Assembly: GCA_963749915.1 (NCBI GenBank)
Contig: CAVVOP010000022.1
Coordinates: 224,001-288,000 of the forward strand
Source: an uncultured cyanobacterium
Lineage (GTDB): Bacteria; Cyanobacteriota; Cyanobacteriia; Cyanobacteriales; Cyanobacteriaceae
Reading direction: 5' to 3'
DNA length: 64,000 bases
The position numbers and the translations under genes are program-made. The notes under the pieces were generated by a model. It saw only the letters and a program-made list of their open reading frames with translations, did no database searches and was not told the origin of the DNA. Of this stretch, positions 8,819 through 17,761 are shown piece by piece (positions within the stretch are counted from its first letter, which is position 1; each line of letters starts with the position of its first letter).

Positions 8819-10876
8819 GTTTTCTGCATATTTTATTGATAACTCATCTTCAAAATCGAAGGTTGTCAGAGCTTGCTTAATTCTGTCAAATTTGCCCATA
8901 TTGTCAATGTTTGCTTCAATGAAATAAGTGTCATTTATTGGAACTGCTTGTCTTAATCCCTTTTCTCTTGGATTCTTTGTCAAACTAATTCGCTCACCCA
9001 AGTCGGATGTGAAAAATGTTTCAGGTTGAAGCTCAAAAAGCTGTTTAAAGACTTCCACATAAAGTTTCGCTACTTGATTAACTTCAATTTTTTGGTCAAA
9101 GAAAATGGCATACTCCAATTTTTTATGTTTTGGATCGTCAGCTTCAAATATATTTAGTTCTCCATTGTCTCCGTTTGTTTCAATCTCTATTTGAGGGTAT
9201 TCCCATATTTTCAAGAATCGTTCTGAAATCAAGTCAAAGCGTCTTTCAATTTCTGTCTTGTCCCATTTGTCGAGGATTGAAAGGTATTTGTTAATCCATA
9301 ATCGGCTGTCTTTATATCCCGCTCCGTCTAAGTCTCTTTTATGAATAAATGGTTTATTTCCGAGTTTGCTATTATTACCCGATAAAGTCAGATTGCCAAT
9401 GGTGTTCAGATAATTTTCTTTGATAAAGATGTATTCGTCATTGCCCAATTCCATTTTCCATTTTGGGTCAGGATTCTGAGGAAAGATGTGTTCAATTGTA
9501 ATATCTGGATTTCCTTCAATGGCTACTCTCTCTCTATTTTCATAGTTCTCAAGTCTTTCAAGTAGATAAATCCTATTCTTAGATTTAATGTTGTAAACGT
9601 CTTTAACCTTTAGAGCGTCAATAACTTCTGCATTCTTTGGAAAACGCTGAACACCTGACCTTTGTAGTAATGATTTTTGAATTGAATAAAGATAATTGTC
9701 CGACTCTACTTTGTCGTAGAGGCTCATGAATATCTTGTTCAGGGCATTAGTTGGTAAACCAAGAATAAATCTTCTCCATGTAAATGACTGGATTAAGTCA
9801 AGGACTTTTAAAAAAGTGGGTTTATCAATAATTGATGAAACAAAATCATCATATACTTTCATCAGGAAAGGGAAAGCAACATTAATCTCAAGGCGGTTGA
9901 TATACTCCAATTGTAGGCGTATATCTTTGTCAGGCTCATTTTTGGGATTAATCAATTTGTTATAGTGTTTGACCAGTCCTTTTATTCCTGTCAGATTACT
10001 TTCAAGTTCGTCTATTGATGTTGTCGGGTATTTTGTTTTAAACTCAAGATACACTTTTCCCTTATTGGGTATTTTTTTGTTCTCTAAAGTCAGATAGTCA
10101 CGGATATAGTCGGAAACTCGGCTAACATTAAGAGTTTCGTCCTTTGCAAGCTTTTCAATGACTTCCCAATAGTTTTGATAAATGTTGTTTTGGTCTCTGC
10201 GGTTCAGACCCATCAAGATATAATTTCGGATTAAGTCTGCCTGAGACAATTCTAAGCCTGTTGAATTAAGGCTTTCAAAAATTCTTTGAGGATCGTCTTT
10301 TTCTCTGTCAAGTGAAATTTCAACAAACATGAGCTTTGAAAGACCTTTCAAGATGAATTGATAATTTTCTTCAGTAATTCTTCCCTTGAAGTAATTGAAG
10401 TTGTCAACGAGCTTGGAGAAATCAGGGAAATCTTCATTATCGTCACTTCTTAAAAGATATTTCAACGCCTTATCATTATTCTCAGTAGGTCTTAGTTTCA
10501 GCTTTTCTTCTTCTGGGACAAATTTGTTTATTAGGTATGTTTCGCTTATTTCATTTACAAGCTCTTCGTCTTTTAATTCTTTAGCAAGCCTGTGAAGAAC
10601 CAAGTAGATGAGTGTTAGTGTTGTCAATCTTTGTTGACCGTCAATCACCGTCAATTCTTTAATTCTTGAAGCTGTGTAAACATCATCATGAACATAAACT
10701 ATGCTACCGATAAAGTGAGCATTCATTTCGTTATTTGTGCCGACTTCAAGAATGTCGTCAAGTAGCTGTTTACATTGCCCTATTGACCAATCATAATTTC
10801 TTTGGTAAACAGGAATTACGAACTGAGTCTTATTTGATGATAAAAAGTCTTCTACTTTGGTTTCGTTTGCTTTCAA
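8813..10876 (-). CDS. GmrSD-family (DUF262 + DUF1524/HNH) putative modification-dependent restriction endonuclease with an extra C-terminal domain
   Basis: IPVYQRNYDW, IDGQQRLTT, IFESLNSTG (GmrS); TIEHIFPQ, IGNLTL..NSKLGN (GmrD HNH); TTG start at 10876 after an AGGA RBS, downstream of the cassette core site. Confidence 0.9.
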   Translation of the reverse strand: MKANETKVEDFLSSNKTQFVIPVYQRNYDWSIGQCKQLLDDILEVGTNNEMNAHFIGSIVYVHDDVYTASRIKELTVIDGQQRLTTLTLIYLVLHRLAKELKDEELVNEISETYLINKFVPEEEKLKLRPTENNDKALKYLLRSDDNEDFPDFSKLVDNFNYFKGRITEENYQFILKGLSKLMFVEISLDREKDDPQRIFESLNSTGLELSQADLIRNYILMGLNRRDQNNIYQNYWEVIEKLAKDETLNVSRVSDYIRDYLTLENKKIPNKGKVYLEFKTKYPTTSIDELESNLTGIKGLVKHYNKLINPKNEPDKDIRLQLEYINRLEINVAFPFLMKVYDDFVSSIIDKPTFLKVLDLIQSFTWRRFILGLPTNALNKIFMSLYDKVESDNYLYSIQKSLLQRSGVQRFPKNAEVIDALKVKDVYNIKSKNRIYLLERLENYENRERVAIEGNPDITIEHIFPQNPDPKWKMELGNDEYIFIKENYLNTIGNLTLSGNNSKLGNKPFIHKRDLDGAGYKDSRLWINKYLSILDKWDKTEIERRFDLISERFLKIWEYPQIEIETNGDNGELNIFEADDPKHKKLEYAIFFDQKIEVNQVAKLYVEVFKQLFELQPETFFTSDLGERISLTKNPREKGLRQAVPINDTYFIEANIDNMGKFDRIKQALTTFDFEDELSIKYAENT

Positions 10877-10896
10877 TTCTTTAATTCCTGTTTTCG

Positions 10897-10905
10897 ACAC
10901 ATAAC
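10897..10905 (-). other. cassette 5' core (R') site G/TTATGTGT
   Basis: exact 9-bp complement of ACACATAAC at the attC R'' end (8812-8820). Confidence 0.8.
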
Positions 10906-10939
10906 TTATAATTGTACCGCAAGTGCAGTATAACACTTT

Positions 10940-10952
10940 CAGGACTTACGCA
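10940..10952 (+). repeat. CAGGACTTACGCA IS-end-like motif
   Basis: motif recalled from cyanobacterial IS/MITE termini; no partner copy seen in the window. Confidence 0.4.
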
Positions 10953-11139
10953 AGAGAAAAAAAAGAAATAGCTATAACCCTTGTCAGTAGGTTTAAAGGC
11001 AAGACAGCGATCGTTATAACCTTCCATTGAGATTAGTTAATGGTAAAATTAAGGAGAAAATAGTTTTCTAATCTGATTTTAGAATATCTTTTATTTATTG
11101 TGTTAGACGGCGTTAAAAAGTTCGATGACAAACTATTAT

Positions 11140-11174
11140 CTAATTAATTTTGAAATCGGCGAACGGGGCGTAAT
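11140..11174 (-). repeat. right terminal inverted repeat
   Basis: reverse complement ATTACGCCCCGTTCGCCGATTTCAAAATTAATTAG; ends 2 nt from the trpA stop codon. Confidence 0.8.
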
Positions 11175-11176
11175 CA

Positions 11177-11974
11177 CTAATTATTGATCGCTTCTCTGAG
11201 ACTATGACATAATATTGCTAAATCTTTTAAGCCTTCTTCGGGGCTAGTGTTAGCTAATTTTTTGACAAAGGCACTACCAACAATTACGCCATCTGCCCCC
11301 CATTGTTTCATCTGTATTGCTTGAGAAGGTTCAGAAATGCCAAAACCAACTCCTATGGGTTTATCGGTGACGGTTTTTAACTTACTGATTAAATCTTCAA
11401 CTCGACTTTCTACCTGCAATCGCATCCCAGTAACACCAGTAACACTAACTAAATAGATAAAACCTTGAGATTTTTCAGCAATATGTTGAATTCTATCCAA
11501 GGGTGAAGTTGGTGCAACTAATAAAGTAACCTCTATACCGCATTTTTCGGCAATTTGTAAGAAAGTTTCCGCCTCCTCTAAAGGTAAATCGGGAACAACT
11601 AAACCCTTAACCCCTACATTAGCAATAGTTTTCATGAAATTTTCTACTCCCCGATAAAAAATAGGATTGTAGTAAGTAAATAAAATAATGGGAATAGTAA
11701 TTTCATCTTGAAGGTTTTTGACAATCTCAAGAACATCATTTAAACAGACACCATTTTTTAAAGCACGAGTAGCCGCTGCTTGAATTACAGGGCCATCGGC
11801 AAGAGGATCAGAATAAGGCACACCTAATTCAATCATATCTGCACCATTTTGAGCCAAAATTTTGATAGCTTTAACGGTGGTTTCTAAATCAGGATCTCCC
11901 GCGGTTATAAAAGGAATTAAAGCACATTTATTTTCTTTTTTTAGTTGTTCAAAACACTGAGAAATTGAGGTCAT
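11177..11974 (-). CDS. trpA: tryptophan synthase alpha subunit
   Basis: [32 protein letters not shown]. Confidence 0.97.
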   Translation of the reverse strand: MTSISQCFEQLKKENKCALIPFITAGDPDLETTVKAIKILAQNGADMIELGVPYSDPLADGPVIQAAATRALKNGVCLNDVLEIVKNLQDEITIPIILFTYYNPIFYRGVENFMKTIANVGVKGLVVPDLPLEEAETFLQIAEKCGIEVTLLVAPTSPLDRIQHIAEKSQGFIYLVSVTGVTGMRLQVESRVEDLISKLKTVTDKPIGVGFGISEPSQAIQMKQWGADGVIVGSAFVKKLANTSPEEGLKDLAILCHSLREAINN

Positions 11975-12077
11975 TTGTTATGAATAAATATATAAACTTA
12001 ATAAATTAGTAATCGTTAGTAAAATTGACAATTAATCATGATTCTTATCTCCTAATCTTCTAGTCTCCTAGTCTCTA

Positions 12078-12368
12078 TTACTCTTTTTCTGCCATTAATT
12101 TTTCGATTTCTTCGGGGGACATTTTCTCTAATTGTTTAGCAAAAAAAGCGTCTTCATAGTCTTTAACTTGTTTATGATAAGTCATGTCATTAGTGAAAAC
12201 TCGGAATAAATAAGTTAATATCCAACCGATTAAACCTAATACTAAAATTCCTTGACTCCAAATGCCAGCTTGAGCAGAATCAACTCCTAAAAATTGAAAA
12301 ACAACATAAGCTAAACCGCCTAAGGAAAACACCCCTAAAGCGATTAAAATAGCATCTATTCTTCTCAT
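12078..12368 (-). CDS. DUF3007 family membrane protein
   Basis: MRRIDAI..., AGIWSQ, TYLFRV...MTY; lies between ndhL and trpA. Confidence 0.85.
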   Translation of the reverse strand: MRRIDAILIALGVFSLGGLAYVVFQFLGVDSAQAGIWSQGILVLGLIGWILTYLFRVFTNDMTYHKQVKDYEDAFFAKQLEKMSPEEIEKLMAEKE

Positions 12369-12411
12369 GATTAAATCCTAATTTATTTTCTTCTTATTTA
12401 TGCTTTTTTTC

Positions 12412-12663
12412 CTAGGTTAATTCTCGGCGACGAGGGCGAAAATTTAAAAATGGACTTAATAATATCATCCCGGGAAAAGAAAAGAATACCATAAAGTACA
12501 TAAATCCTCTTTCAACGGAACTCGCCACATACCATCTTTGGTTGAGGTAAAAATAAACCCCTGCAGGAAGTATTAATAAATATAAACCACTGAGACTTAA
12601 ATATAAAATAGCGGTGATAATGGTTTCTAAGTCAATATTTTCGATGTTTAATAAGTTTTCCAT
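12412..12663 (-). CDS. ndhL: NDH-1 subunit L
   Basis: RWYVASSVERGFMYFMVFFSFPGMILLSPFLNFRPRRR. Confidence 0.95.
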   Translation of the reverse strand: MENLLNIENIDLETIITAILYLSLSGLYLLILPAGVYFYLNQRWYVASSVERGFMYFMVFFSFPGMILLSPFLNFRPRRRELT

Positions 12664-12724
12664 AATTGCTGATTTTGTTCTAACTTTTTTCTGCTTTTTT
12701 AGATTGCTATATAGTTACTATATC

Positions 12725-13040
12725 TTGACATTCGCCCACCGTTAACCCTATGGGTGTAACGGGGGATTCTTACTTCATCCACTCAACTTATCAATCTAGC
12801 ATCATTGGTACTTTTAGCTAAACAATGATTCTTAACCATATCAGCCACTCTTAAATTCTCATAGGCCACGACATCATTAGATGACACTACGCACCGAGCT
12901 AATTTTACTAGCCAGTCTTTACGCTGACGAGAGACTAAAAGATGCTTTCTGCCTAATCGATTAATTGCTTTTTTGCGATTATTACTACCTTTTTTCTTTT
13001 TACTTACTTGTCTTTGAAGCCTTTTTAACCCCTTCTCTAA
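12725..13040 (-). pseudogene. tnpB: IS200/IS605 remnant: internal tnpB fragment joined to the right end
   Basis: translates as LKRLQRQVSKKKKGSNNRKKAINRLGRKHL...VVAYENLRVADMVKNHCLAKS; followed by AAGAATCCCCCGTTA..TAACGGTGGG..TGTCAA right-end hairpin. Confidence 0.85.
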
Positions 13041-13095
13041 GATTATTATAGATTAAAGGGAATTACTTTAGCAATGTTTTCTTTACAGGTCAAAT

Positions 13096-13150
13096 TTGAT
13101 CCCCCGTTAAAAGGTTGTGCATCTTGAGTTTTTAACGAGGGGATTCATTC
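13096..13150 (-). mobile_element. second IS200/IS605 right-end-like hairpin
   Basis: GAATCCCCTCGTTAAAA...TTTTAACGGGGGATCAA. Confidence 0.5.
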
Positions 13151-13337
13151 GACATCCAAAGATAATTCCGGAAGAGCCAAACTTAATTTGAGAGAAAAAA
13201 TGTATAATTATGAATCTCAAAATAGGAACATTTATAATTAAGGGTCAGTCTGTTTGTTCATAATAGCAGTCAAACTGATTGTTAGTTATTCATTGCTATA
13301 ACTGTGACTTTTACTTTAAAAAATAAAATAATTTTTG

Positions 13338-14600
13338 ATGAATAAATTAAATAACTATAAAACAAATAACTATAAAACTACCACTGCTTTATTCCTTAGT
13401 CTTACTTTTGGGGTTGGTGCGACTCTGCCTATAACCACATCTTTCCTTCATCCTCCGGCGGTAATGGCTCAAAATGCCCAATTTAACGATGTTTCTCCTG
13501 ATTATTGGGCGGCAAATTTTATCAATCCTTTGGTACAAAAAGGCATTATTGCTGGTTTTCCTGATGGTACTTTTAAACCCGATGCACCTGTAACAAGAGC
13601 TCAATTTGCAGCGATGGTGCAAAAAGCCTTGCCGAAAAATCAAGTAAGACCTCCTATTAATTTTAATGATGTAGCAAGTAATTATTGGGCCAATAATGCC
13701 ATTAGAAAAGCTTATCGTATGGGTTTTCTTTCGGGTTATCCAGGACAAATTTTTCGTCCTGAACAAAATATTCCCCGGGAGCAAGTCTTGGTATCATTGG
13801 CTAATGGATTGAATTATAATCCTAATCAAGATGTTAATAGTATTCTTAATTTCTTTAATGATTCCAGTAGCATCTCTGATTTTGCCCGTTCTCCAATAGC
13901 CGCCGCCACCGAAAGAAATTTAGTGGTTAATCATCCCACTTTACGGCAATTAAACCCTCTTAGTAATGCGACTAGGGCGGAAGTTGCTGCTTTCATTTAT
14001 CAGGCTTTGGTTTCTCAAGGACAGTTACAAGCTATTAACTCGAATTATATTGTTGCCTTGACGCCGACGGTTACAAGTTATAGCCTTGCCAAGGGTACAC
14101 AAATCCCTGTTACCCATGAGGAAGATTCAATTTTATTAACGAGGAATGAAATTGTGCCTCTAACTCTAACGGTTACAGCTAATATGCGCAATAATAGGGT
14201 CATAATTATCCCCCGTGACAGTAAAATTATAGGGGAGTTGCGTCCTGTGGCTAATGGTACAAGGTTTTTTGCCCAAACATTACAATTAAGTAACGGTCAA
14301 ACTTATAACATAAGTGCTTCTTCTCAAGTTATCACTGAAACTACCAGTGTTTCTAAAGGTATGAATGTAGGAAATTTATTGAAAAATGCCGCCTTAGGTA
14401 CGGCAGCAGCGGCGGCTATTGCCGCAATTACAGGAGATCGAGCGATCGCTACTGAAGAATTATTAATGGGTACAGGGGCGGGTATTTTAGCCACATTAAT
14501 TCCCCAATTTTTAGGATTAAATAAGGTGGATTTATTAGTAGTAAGACCCAGCAGTAATTTAGATCTAATTTTGGATGAGGATTTCGTAATTAACAATTAA
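13338..14600 (+). CDS. S-layer homology (SLH) domain protein
   Basis: signal peptide; three SLH repeats (FNDV..YWA, GFPDGTFKPDAPVTRAQFA, ATRAEVAAFIYQAL). Confidence 0.9.
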   Translation: MNKLNNYKTNNYKTTTALFLSLTFGVGATLPITTSFLHPPAVMAQNAQFNDVSPDYWAANFINPLVQKGIIAGFPDGTFKPDAPVTRAQFAAMVQKALPKNQVRPPINFNDVASNYWANNAIRKAYRMGFLSGYPGQIFRPEQNIPREQVLVSLANGLNYNPNQDVNSILNFFNDSSSISDFARSPIAAATERNLVVNHPTLRQLNPLSNATRAEVAAFIYQALVSQGQLQAINSNYIVALTPTVTSYSLAKGTQIPVTHEEDSILLTRNEIVPLTLTVTANMRNNRVIIIPRDSKIIGELRPVANGTRFFAQTLQLSNGQTYNISASSQVITETTSVSKGMNVGNLLKNAALGTAAAAAIAAITGDRAIATEELLMGTGAGILATLIPQFLGLNKVDLLVVRPSSNLDLILDEDFVINN

Positions 14601-14673
14601 CAATTGTAATAAGTAATAAGCCAGTAATATATAACTTCAGATTTTGAGTCCAAAATCTTACTATGAAAGAAAC

Positions 14674-15477
14674 TCACATTCTCAAATCTTGTTTATTGCC
14701 TAGAGTATAATTATTATTTTGAATTAATTTTTCCAGGCGTTTAACTCTTTTTTCTGGTTGGGGATGACTAACAAAAAAATCGGTGACATTATCTTGTTTA
14801 TTTTCATTAATTAAACGTTGAAAAAAATCGGTCGCCCCTGCTACATGACCATAATATTGATTTAATAAATTTAACCCAAATTCATCGGCTTTAATTTCTT
14901 GGGCTTGAGAATATTGTGCATTAGCTAATATATTGGCGAAATCTGCACCTGATTGAAGAATTTCAACACCACCGAAAATATAATTAATCACTATTTTGAA
15001 TAGCAAAATATTACCTAAACTTCTCAGATGATCCCTATGGGCAAAATGTCCTATTTCATGACCTAAAATCATCACTAACTCATTTTCTGATTTTACTTCT
15101 TTTAATAACCCTTCGTAGATAATAATCATATCCCCCGGAACTGCTAAAGCATTAACAGTATCTTCAGGAATATATAAAACCTGATAATCTCTTTTATAGG
15201 CACTATTTTCTGGTAATAATTCCTCTAATTTCTCGACTATTTCATTTAATTTTACTTCTGTTGATGATGGGTTACTTTTATGTTTAAATTCCTCAGTAAT
15301 TAAAGCTCCTATTTTTTGTTCTACACTCACAGGAATAAAGTTAACTATCTGATTAATTAATACAAATAATCCGAATAAAATAGATATTCCTACTCCTCCA
15401 AATAAGACTAATAATATTAATAATTGTCGATTATTAGTTTCGGGATTTCGATCGCTAATGGGTGAAGAATAAGGCAT
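14674..15477 (-). CDS. M48-family zinc metallopeptidase
   Basis: N-terminal TM helix; NALAVPG, HEIGH, EIKAD, SHP. Confidence 0.92.
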   Translation of the reverse strand: MPYSSPISDRNPETNNRQLLILLVLFGGVGISILFGLFVLINQIVNFIPVSVEQKIGALITEEFKHKSNPSSTEVKLNEIVEKLEELLPENSAYKRDYQVLYIPEDTVNALAVPGDMIIIYEGLLKEVKSENELVMILGHEIGHFAHRDHLRSLGNILLFKIVINYIFGGVEILQSGADFANILANAQYSQAQEIKADEFGLNLLNQYYGHVAGATDFFQRLINENKQDNVTDFFVSHPQPEKRVKRLEKLIQNNNYTLGNKQDLRM

Positions 15478-15505
15478 TAAATTAATTAATAAAAATTTAT
15501 TTTAC

Positions 15506-16207
15506 TTAGCTTTTAACAGGACGAAAAGGATTGAGAAAATTAAGCAAAGAATACAAATTGCGGGATTGTAACCACAATTTACCATTGCCACTAAAACGAC
15601 AAACTAAACCTTCTCCCCCGAAAATTCCCGTGCGTAAACTACGAAAAGATAAACCACCGATCATTTCCACATTATAATTAAGGGTATCCTCAAAGGCAAC
15701 GATATAACCGGTATCGACAATATAATTTCCCCTAACATCAATTTCAAGAATAGCACCATAGGAACTAAACCAAAAATCGCCGATTCCTGTGGCTTTTAAT
15801 AAGAATAGAGATTCACCACTAAAAAACCCTTTAAAACCTTGAAATTTAGTGTCAATTTCGATAGTAGGACTACAGGCAACAAAACCAGAAGATTGCACCA
15901 TTAAACCACAATTTTTGGTTAAATAATAATGTTTAATATCTCCGGGAACACCGGGAGATATATATAATTCTCCAGAAGTTTTTTTGGCCGTAAATTCGCT
16001 TAAAAATAAAGATTCACCCCCAAACATTCTCCCAATACTCTTACCCAAACCACCACGCATTTTTGACTTCATTTCGATACCAGAATCCATCGCCGCCATA
16101 CCCCCTGCTTCAACGATTACTGTTTGATTTGGTTCAAGCTCCAAAATCAAAAAACCATAGGCAGGATTATGCTCAACACGATATTTTATTGCCGATTTAT
16201 TAAACAT
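15506..16207 (-). CDS. AIM24/TIGR00266 family protein
   Basis: EAGGMAAM, GGESLF, VDTGYIVAF, GEGLVCRFSG.G. Confidence 0.9.
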   Translation of the reverse strand: MFNKSAIKYRVEHNPAYGFLILELEPNQTVIVEAGGMAAMDSGIEMKSKMRGGLGKSIGRMFGGESLFLSEFTAKKTSGELYISPGVPGDIKHYYLTKNCGLMVQSSGFVACSPTIEIDTKFQGFKGFFSGESLFLLKATGIGDFWFSSYGAILEIDVRGNYIVDTGYIVAFEDTLNYNVEMIGGLSFRSLRTGIFGGEGLVCRFSGNGKLWLQSRNLYSLLNFLNPFRPVKS

Positions 16208-16253
16208 AATGAATAATGAATAATGGATATTTAATATTTGGTTTTTAAATATT

Positions 16254-16281
16254 TTACTTATTACTTATTACTTATTACTTA
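16254..16281. repeat. heptamer tandem repeat (TTACTTA)4, STRR-type
   Basis: read directly from the sequence. Confidence 0.9.
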
Positions 16282-16959
16282 TTATCGTGGTGGCAATTGT
16301 GAACCAATTAAACTGCCAAAATGACCTGGATTATGGGTTTGACAAAAGACTTTTCCTCGTCCATAAAAACGACAAACTAAACCTTCTCCTCCTAAAAATG
16401 AGCCTAGCCAACTATTCCCAGCTTTACCAATTTTAAAGTCTAAGGTTTTTTCAAAAGCGACAATATGCCCTGTGTCAACAATATATTCTCCATCGACATC
16501 TATTTCGTAAATACCGCCGAAGGAGCTTAAAATTACGGGGCCATAACCTGTAATACTTAACCAAAAAACGGATTCTCCTGAAAAGAGGGATTTTAAACCC
16601 TGAAATCCCAAGTCTATATCGATGCCAGAGGCACAGGCTAAATAAGAACCTGATTGAACTATTAATTCATTACCTAGCATTTCATAAACGAGGATATCAC
16701 CGATGAAACGAGGTGCTAAAAAAATTTCTCCATTAGGTTGATAACAGCGAAAAACACTCAGAAACAGTGATTCTCCAGCCATCATTCTTTTTAACCCTCC
16801 GAGTACACCCCCTCCCTTTCCTTGCCTTAGGGTGGTGCTAACATTGATAAAATCGCTCACGGCAACCATTGTTCCCGCTTCAGCTATTAATTCTTCTTGG
16901 GCGTTCATGGTTATTTTGGCGATGGCACTATCTGGCTGTTGTAAAATTTGTATATCCAT
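16282..16959 (-). CDS. AIM24/TIGR00266 family protein
   Basis: AEAGTMV, AGESLF, VDTGHIVAF, GEGLVCRFYG. Confidence 0.9.
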   Translation of the reverse strand: MDIQILQQPDSAIAKITMNAQEELIAEAGTMVAVSDFINVSTTLRQGKGGGVLGGLKRMMAGESLFLSVFRCYQPNGEIFLAPRFIGDILVYEMLGNELIVQSGSYLACASGIDIDLGFQGLKSLFSGESVFWLSITGYGPVILSSFGGIYEIDVDGEYIVDTGHIVAFEKTLDFKIGKAGNSWLGSFLGGEGLVCRFYGRGKVFCQTHNPGHFGSLIGSQLPPR

Positions 16960-16962
16960 AAA

Positions 16963-17625
16963 TTACCGCACCTTGGGACGTAAAAAACCGACTAAACCAC
17001 TGACACTACGAGATTGAATGTAAATAGTGCCTTTACCTTTCAATTTATTGACAAAACCCTCACCGGAAGTGAGAGACGATAACAAGCCACCAGATAAACC
17101 TACACTCATTTTAATATTTGAATCATATCCGACAAGGTGACTACTATCGACAATAAACTCGCCGTTAATTTCTTTATGGGTGATACCGCCATAACTACCA
17201 AATAAAACCCTACCTTTACCGCCAAATTGTAGTTTAAATAAACCCTCTCCAGCAAACCAACTAGCAAAACCGGCCCATTTAACCCCCATTTTAGCACCTC
17301 CTGCATGGGCAATATATGTTCCGGCTTCTAAACAAATGCTTTTACCTTCTAATTTTAGGGCTTCAATATCCCCAATCACCGATTGAGTTAAAACAAGATT
17401 TAATGGACGATTAGTTTTATTGTGAAATACATTAACGAATAAAGATTCTCCGCCGAAAAATTTGCGCATCAAGGCGGGAATTAAACCACCAGAAAATTCT
17501 GTTGTCATCACAATATCAGCGTCCATGCTAACCATAGCACCAGCCTCTGCCGTAATTTTCTCTCTGGGTTCTAAAGTGACAAAAATAGCGGCAAAAGCAG
17601 GACGGTAGCGGATGTTATATTTCAT
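16963..17625 (-). CDS. AIM24/TIGR00266 family protein
   Basis: AEAGAMVSM, GGESLF, GEGLF, VDSSHLV. Confidence 0.9.
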   Translation of the reverse strand: MKYNIRYRPAFAAIFVTLEPREKITAEAGAMVSMDADIVMTTEFSGGLIPALMRKFFGGESLFVNVFHNKTNRPLNLVLTQSVIGDIEALKLEGKSICLEAGTYIAHAGGAKMGVKWAGFASWFAGEGLFKLQFGGKGRVLFGSYGGITHKEINGEFIVDSSHLVGYDSNIKMSVGLSGGLLSSLTSGEGFVNKLKGKGTIYIQSRSVSGLVGFLRPKVR

Positions 17626-17761
17626 GATTCAAACAATGACTATCATATCATTGTTCCCATTTTAGTTTATTTATTTTGATGAAGAAATTAAAAAATTATT
17701 AAGTAAGATAATAATAAAAATTTTTCGTTAATTAAGAAGCAATAATTTTGGGCAATATTTA

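Larger units (their letters stand above)
8680..11174. mobile_element. non-autonomous TIR-bounded element carrying an integron gene cassette
   Basis: 35-bp inverted repeats at 8680-8714 and 11140-11174 (31/35 identical); no transposase inside. Confidence 0.7.

Noticed and set aside
10877..10936. ORF-track N-terminal extension of the GmrSD gene
   Set aside because: It crosses the cassette boundary; TTG at 10876 has an RBS and gives a typical MKANET start.
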